This document shows positions 61,601 through 64,000 of a DNA stretch of 64,000 nucleotides, in pieces (the first letter of the stretch is position 1; each line of letters begins with the position of its first letter). This DNA comes from Phoronis australis. Taxonomy: Eukaryota > Animalia > Phoronida. A model generated the notes under the pieces. That model saw only the letters and a list, made by a program, of their open reading frames with translations. It did no database searches and was not told the origin of the DNA. A program made the translations under genes and the position numbers. The stretch covers positions 391,850 to 455,849 of the forward strand of contig NMRA01000312.1 in assembly GCA_002633005.1 (NCBI GenBank), in the 5' to 3' direction.

Positions 61601-62666
61601 TTCACAGCTACGTCCTCACATCGAGACTTTGCCACCAGTTGGAGATTTACACCCAACAGTTTTGAATTACATTGGGCGTGAGCAAACAGGCAATCATTAC
61701 CTGCATAACAAAAACAGGGAGAATCTAACTTGAAGTGTGTGTTATTATCATAGAATATACTTAGAGGTAATTATGACAGAAAGTTACGATTGGTATATTA
61801 TAAAAGTTGTATGACCTTCTCTGATGATATGCAAATTAGATAGTTCTAATTTCGTCTGTCCGATTGGATTATGGGTACGCATTCTTTTTTACTTAAGTTG
61901 TTGCCTTCTGTCTCTGGTTTAAATATTTTGCGAGGAAACTGCAGAATCCTTAATATGTGTACATCGCTTTGTTAATTCCAGATAAACAAAGTTTTTTGCA
62001 GTGGTTCAGTGGTTTACGCTTGCCCATCGGTAACATATTGTTAGGTGGGAAGACTAAAGTGCTTGAACAAGCAGGGAATCGGAGTGCGACAGATTTGTTT
62101 TTAATGTTAGCCAATTATCTTACCTATGAGCAACAAATTGAAAAGTCCAAAACACCACTTGATATGTTGTTTCAAAATACCATAACTTCGAAAAAGTATT
62201 TTAGGAAAAAACTGTAGGTGTGCACACTTTTTAACAAGATAATCTGATTTTTCGCACCCTCTGGAATAGCTTTGTGACTCCTGCTTAACTGGTGACCTGG
62301 GATTGTGCGAGTATGCGTGTGAATGAGAGGTGTGTGGTTGAACTACATCTTGTGTATGTGTGAGTAAGGGATATATGGTTGACCCACAGTGTATGAACTG
62401 TTTTGTACGTTATTATATTGGTTGAATGAGTGGAATAAAATAGCATGTCAAAAATAACAACAATAACAACAAAACAATAATAATAATCCAATTAGCATGA
62501 ACACTTTTTAAGGGAAAGACAAATACTATTAAAAGAGTTTTGTCTTTTGACCTACCGTAAGTCTTTCCATCCGAGCCACAGTGCGGGATGTAATAAAGAG
62601 CAAGGCAAGGTGTCAAGGTTGCGCAGAATTCCTTCGTGACCATGGGAGTGTTCTCAGCAAGACAGC
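46537..62666 (-). CDS. Multi-domain Kazal-type serine protease inhibitor-like protein, 15 Kazal domains, 16 coding exons identified (first, signal-peptide exon not located)
   Basis: 16 GT-AG exons, all internal ones phase 1-1 with lengths divisible by 3, joining into repeated C-x3/5-C-x-x-x-Y-x-P-x-C-G-S-D-G-x-T-Y-x-N-x-C...C...C Kazal motifs; stop TGA at 46539-46537. Confidence 0.9.
47845..48054 (-). CDS. Kazal gene exon
   Basis: NKCVFEKAQCMSKLTGKSLTLEYKGQC...QCKRMCGTVVSPMCGSDGITY; GT-AG bounded, 210 bp. Confidence 0.9.
48761..49270. mobile_element. MITE with ~30 bp TIR, 4 bp TSD (AACT) and repeated subterminal motifs
   Basis: aact|ctatggtgggccgttgaggggaaagtgtcgccg ... cggcgacgctttcccccaacggcccatcatag|aact; motif ttacgctcgtaa / ttacgagcgtaa repeated near both ends. 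Confidence 0.85.
49298..49492 (-). CDS. Kazal gene exon
   Basis: NQCKLQIAQCIAKFNSTKLAQRHTGTC...LCNRFCSWLYQPVCGSNGRTY; 195 bp. Confidence 0.9.
49907..50101 (-). CDS. Kazal gene exon (chimeric duplicate)
   Basis: NQCKLQIAQCIAKFSSTKLAQKHTGTC...LCYKFCFSTYKPVCGTDGITY; 195 bp. Confidence 0.9.
50335..50532 (-). CDS. Kazal gene exon
   Basis: NMCFFEVAQCKLKVQTNETLRIKHDGTC...LCNKFCFSTYKPVCGTDGITY; 198 bp. Confidence 0.9.
51009..51191 (-). CDS. Kazal gene exon
   Basis: NYCTFLRTQCYYENFGGKLRLSFVKNDTC...CERFCFRLYKPLCGEDNVTY; 183 bp. Confidence 0.9.
51529..51708 (-). CDS. Kazal gene exon
   Basis: NKCSFEYQKCVHTLTNPDELTIKSNGKC...CSRNCSLAINDGPVCATDGNQQKTF; 180 bp. Confidence 0.85.
52741..52905 (-). CDS. Kazal gene exon
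   Basis: NECFMEQAECEGQKSNPGLNISKVYDGMCSGGNCQYKCDKEKYAPVCGSDGKTY; 165 bp. Confidence 0.9.
54842..55024 (-). CDS. Kazal gene exon
   Basis: NTCALKIAQCFAKRDGNVVLTMAYKGEC...CIKYCPRIYKPVCASDGKTY; 183 bp. Confidence 0.9.
56221..56436. mobile_element. TA-flanked MITE with ~27 bp TIR and an internal ~21-22 bp tandem repeat
   Basis: tacggtggcccgaaagtatcatcgcta ... tagcgatgatactttcgggccaccgta; internal tatttcaacctaggtggaaa repeated about 4 times. A related short copy lies at ~52584-52677. Confidence 0.85.
57039..57185 (-). CDS. Kazal gene exon (Cys2 of the following domain replaced by Ser)
   Basis: NDCQLKSASCRGRNGIKVLYKGKCQPNCEEMGSSVEYQPVCGSDGVTY; 147 bp. Confidence 0.85.
58040..58192 (-). CDS. Kazal gene exon
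   Basis: NDCYFGVAQCKARERGYSLKLYGIKRCERNCRQMCGAVYDPVCGSDGKTY; 153 bp. Confidence 0.9.
58469..59223. mobile_element. Foldback element: ~290 bp inverted arms around a ~110 bp spacer, intronic
   Basis: 58529-58816 is the reverse complement of ~58925-59214, e.g. cttctgatcgtccacaatacacta / tagtgtattgtggacgatcagaag and gagcctccttggacg / cgtccaaggaggctc. Confidence 0.85.
59412..59591 (-). CDS. Kazal gene exon
   Basis: SKCIFEQAQCRAKLAGNKLQLVAKSRC...CDKVCYDLYQPHCGSDGVTY; 180 bp. Confidence 0.9.
60121..60279 (-). CDS. Kazal gene exon
   Basis: NKCILGSASCRSREQGGKDITIASNGKCSPKCAEYPCPPVYQPMCASDGVTY; 159 bp. Confidence 0.9.
60948..61124 (-). CDS. Kazal gene exon
   Basis: NDCYFGIAQCKARERGDTLTLTGLNRC...CIQMCPAVYSPVCGSDGKTY; 177 bp. 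Confidence 0.9.
61524..61700 (-). CDS. Kazal gene exon
   Basis: NDCLFAHAQCNSKLLGVNLQLVAKSRC...CDKACYEIYQPHCGSDGITY; 177 bp. Confidence 0.9.
62556..62666 (-). CDS. Kazal gene exon (probable end of signal peptide plus first half of domain 1)
   Basis: tttgtaag|GC TGT CTT GCT GAG...; CLAENTPMVTKEFCATLTPCLALYYIPHCGSDGKTY|gtaggt; 111 bp. It has no preceding second-half Kazal segment. Confidence 0.8.
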
Positions 62667-63206
62667 CTTACAAATTTAAGAGACAAAATCGCATGAAGCA
62701 TGAATAAAAGTAGCCAACACTGAGATTAAACAGAGGTGAAGATCCATCAAAAAAATTTCTTCCTAGGTTTGAGAAATCGATCTAAATCAGAAGAAAATCT
62801 CAGTGTGGGGGCAAAATACTTGCTGAGTGTGCTAGTATTAGCAACAATTGAATTCCCGTGATTATTTATGAGTCATAAATGGTCTTGCCCGGTTATATTT
62901 CGTTTATTTTTACTTTTCTGTAATAACGAGGAATCAATCCTCTGCCATCTTTGGCCAATACTCAGCTCTTACGCAAGGGTTGGTTTAACGACCACAGCTA
63001 TCTTTTGCTTACAAATTTTAGCCTAATAGCGTCATATTATAATTAGTATTGTCCAGCGTCATATTATAATTAGTATTGTCCCGAATGTTAGCTAATGAAC
63101 CAAGTGAATACTTATGGTTAACGAGTTCACCGCTGAATGAAAAACGAATTAAAGTTCTTATGTTCAGGTTGCCAATACCAATACTCAGAGCCGAAGTTCC
63201 AAGGGA

Positions 63207-64000
63207 GAGCTTTTCATCACTAGGTGTAAATGATATAAAGCAATAGAATGAGAGGAAAATTCTTGTTCAGTGTGTTAGTACTAACCAAATCAAATTACCT
63301 TGACACGAAAAACGCAAACGGTGTTACCGGTTATATTTCGCCTTTTTTACCTAAGGTCCTCTAACAACAACAAATCAAATAGTCTGCCAATTGTTGACCA
63401 AATGACGTCATGTAGTGACCTGAACACCAGCCAATGAGCCCAATGAATGCTTTAGTCCATGAGTTCACCGGTAGGTAAAAAATGCAATTGGCGGAGAGAC
63501 AACTCAACAGTAAAAAGTCGAATCTTCGAGTGAATAAATACATAAAACCGAGAGTGGCGTAGATGAAGTAATATCTCACGAAACATTATCCCGCTTATCA
63601 ACCGAGACCGAAGGTCAAGGTCGATACGCGGAATAATGTCGATTGGGATATTACTTCATGTGCGCCAATCGAGATACGTTTTGTATTTATCCCATGCGCT
63701 TCGAATTCNGAGCTTTTCATCACTAGGTGTAAATGATATAAAGCAATAGAATGAGAGGAAAATTCTTGTTCAGTGTGTTAGTACTAACCAAATCAAATTA
63801 TCTTGACGCGAAAAACGCAAACGGTCTTACCGGTTATATTTCGCCTTTTTTACCTAAGGTCCTCTAACAACAACAAATCAAATAGTCTGTCAATTGTTGA
63901 CCAAATGACGTCATGTAGTGATCTGAACACCAGCCAATGAGCCCAATGAATGCTTTAGTCCATGAGTTCACCGGTAGGTAAAAAATGCAAATGGCGGAGA
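63207..64000. repeat. Near-identical direct duplication (63207-63497 vs 63710-64000) at a single-N contig join
   Basis: gagcttttcatcactaggtgtaaatg... restarts immediately after the n at 63709, with only a handful of substitutions. Confidence 0.85.
63535..63690. mobile_element. Palindromic hairpin miniature element
   Basis: aaatacataaaac..atgaagtaatatc..acattat..cgc.tatc..[gaccgaaggtc]..gatacgcggaataatgt..gatattacttcat..gttttgtattt. Confidence 0.7.

Noticed and set aside
46537-62666. Agrin or follistatin orthologue
   Set aside because: The gene ends right after the last Kazal domain; no EGF-like/FOLN, laminin-G, SEA or NtA segments are seen and the domains have only six cysteines.
63361-63579. 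Hydrophobic ORF as the signal-peptide exon of the Kazal gene
   Set aside because: It starts at a non-ATG codon inside a palindromic repeat and duplicated junction region, with no convincing ATG-to-donor exon.

Overview
Eukaryotic, AT-rich, repeat-rich genomic DNA with spliceosomal introns and assembly gaps, most consistent with a marine invertebrate (inferred from the TE repertoire). Host genes are all on the minus strand. (1) The 5' end (exons 1-3) of a cyclin F / FBXO1 orthologue, running off the left edge. (2) A large terminal exon (9940-11613) encoding an uncharacterised coiled-coil protein with a C-terminal Cys/His zinc-finger-like motif. (3) A multi-domain Kazal-type protease inhibitor gene (46537-62666; 16 coding exons read by eye, 15 Kazal domains, about 900 aa, first exon not located). 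Its phase-1/1 exons are out of register with the domains, it has very diverse P1 residues, and it shows clear traces of repeated internal duplication. Between these genes lie nested, decayed mobile elements (Kolobok-like with TTAA TSD and THAP remnant, LINE RT, DIRS/Ngaro-type tyrosine recombinase, Sola-like transposase remnants, tRNA-derived SINEs, MITEs and foldback hairpins). There is also an unexplained ~9 kb cluster (26.8-35.9 kb) of orphan, partly decayed ORFs linked to a duplicated ~460 bp promoter/leader-like block, possibly the remnant of a large virus-like or transposable element. All calls were made by eye; no database search was run.
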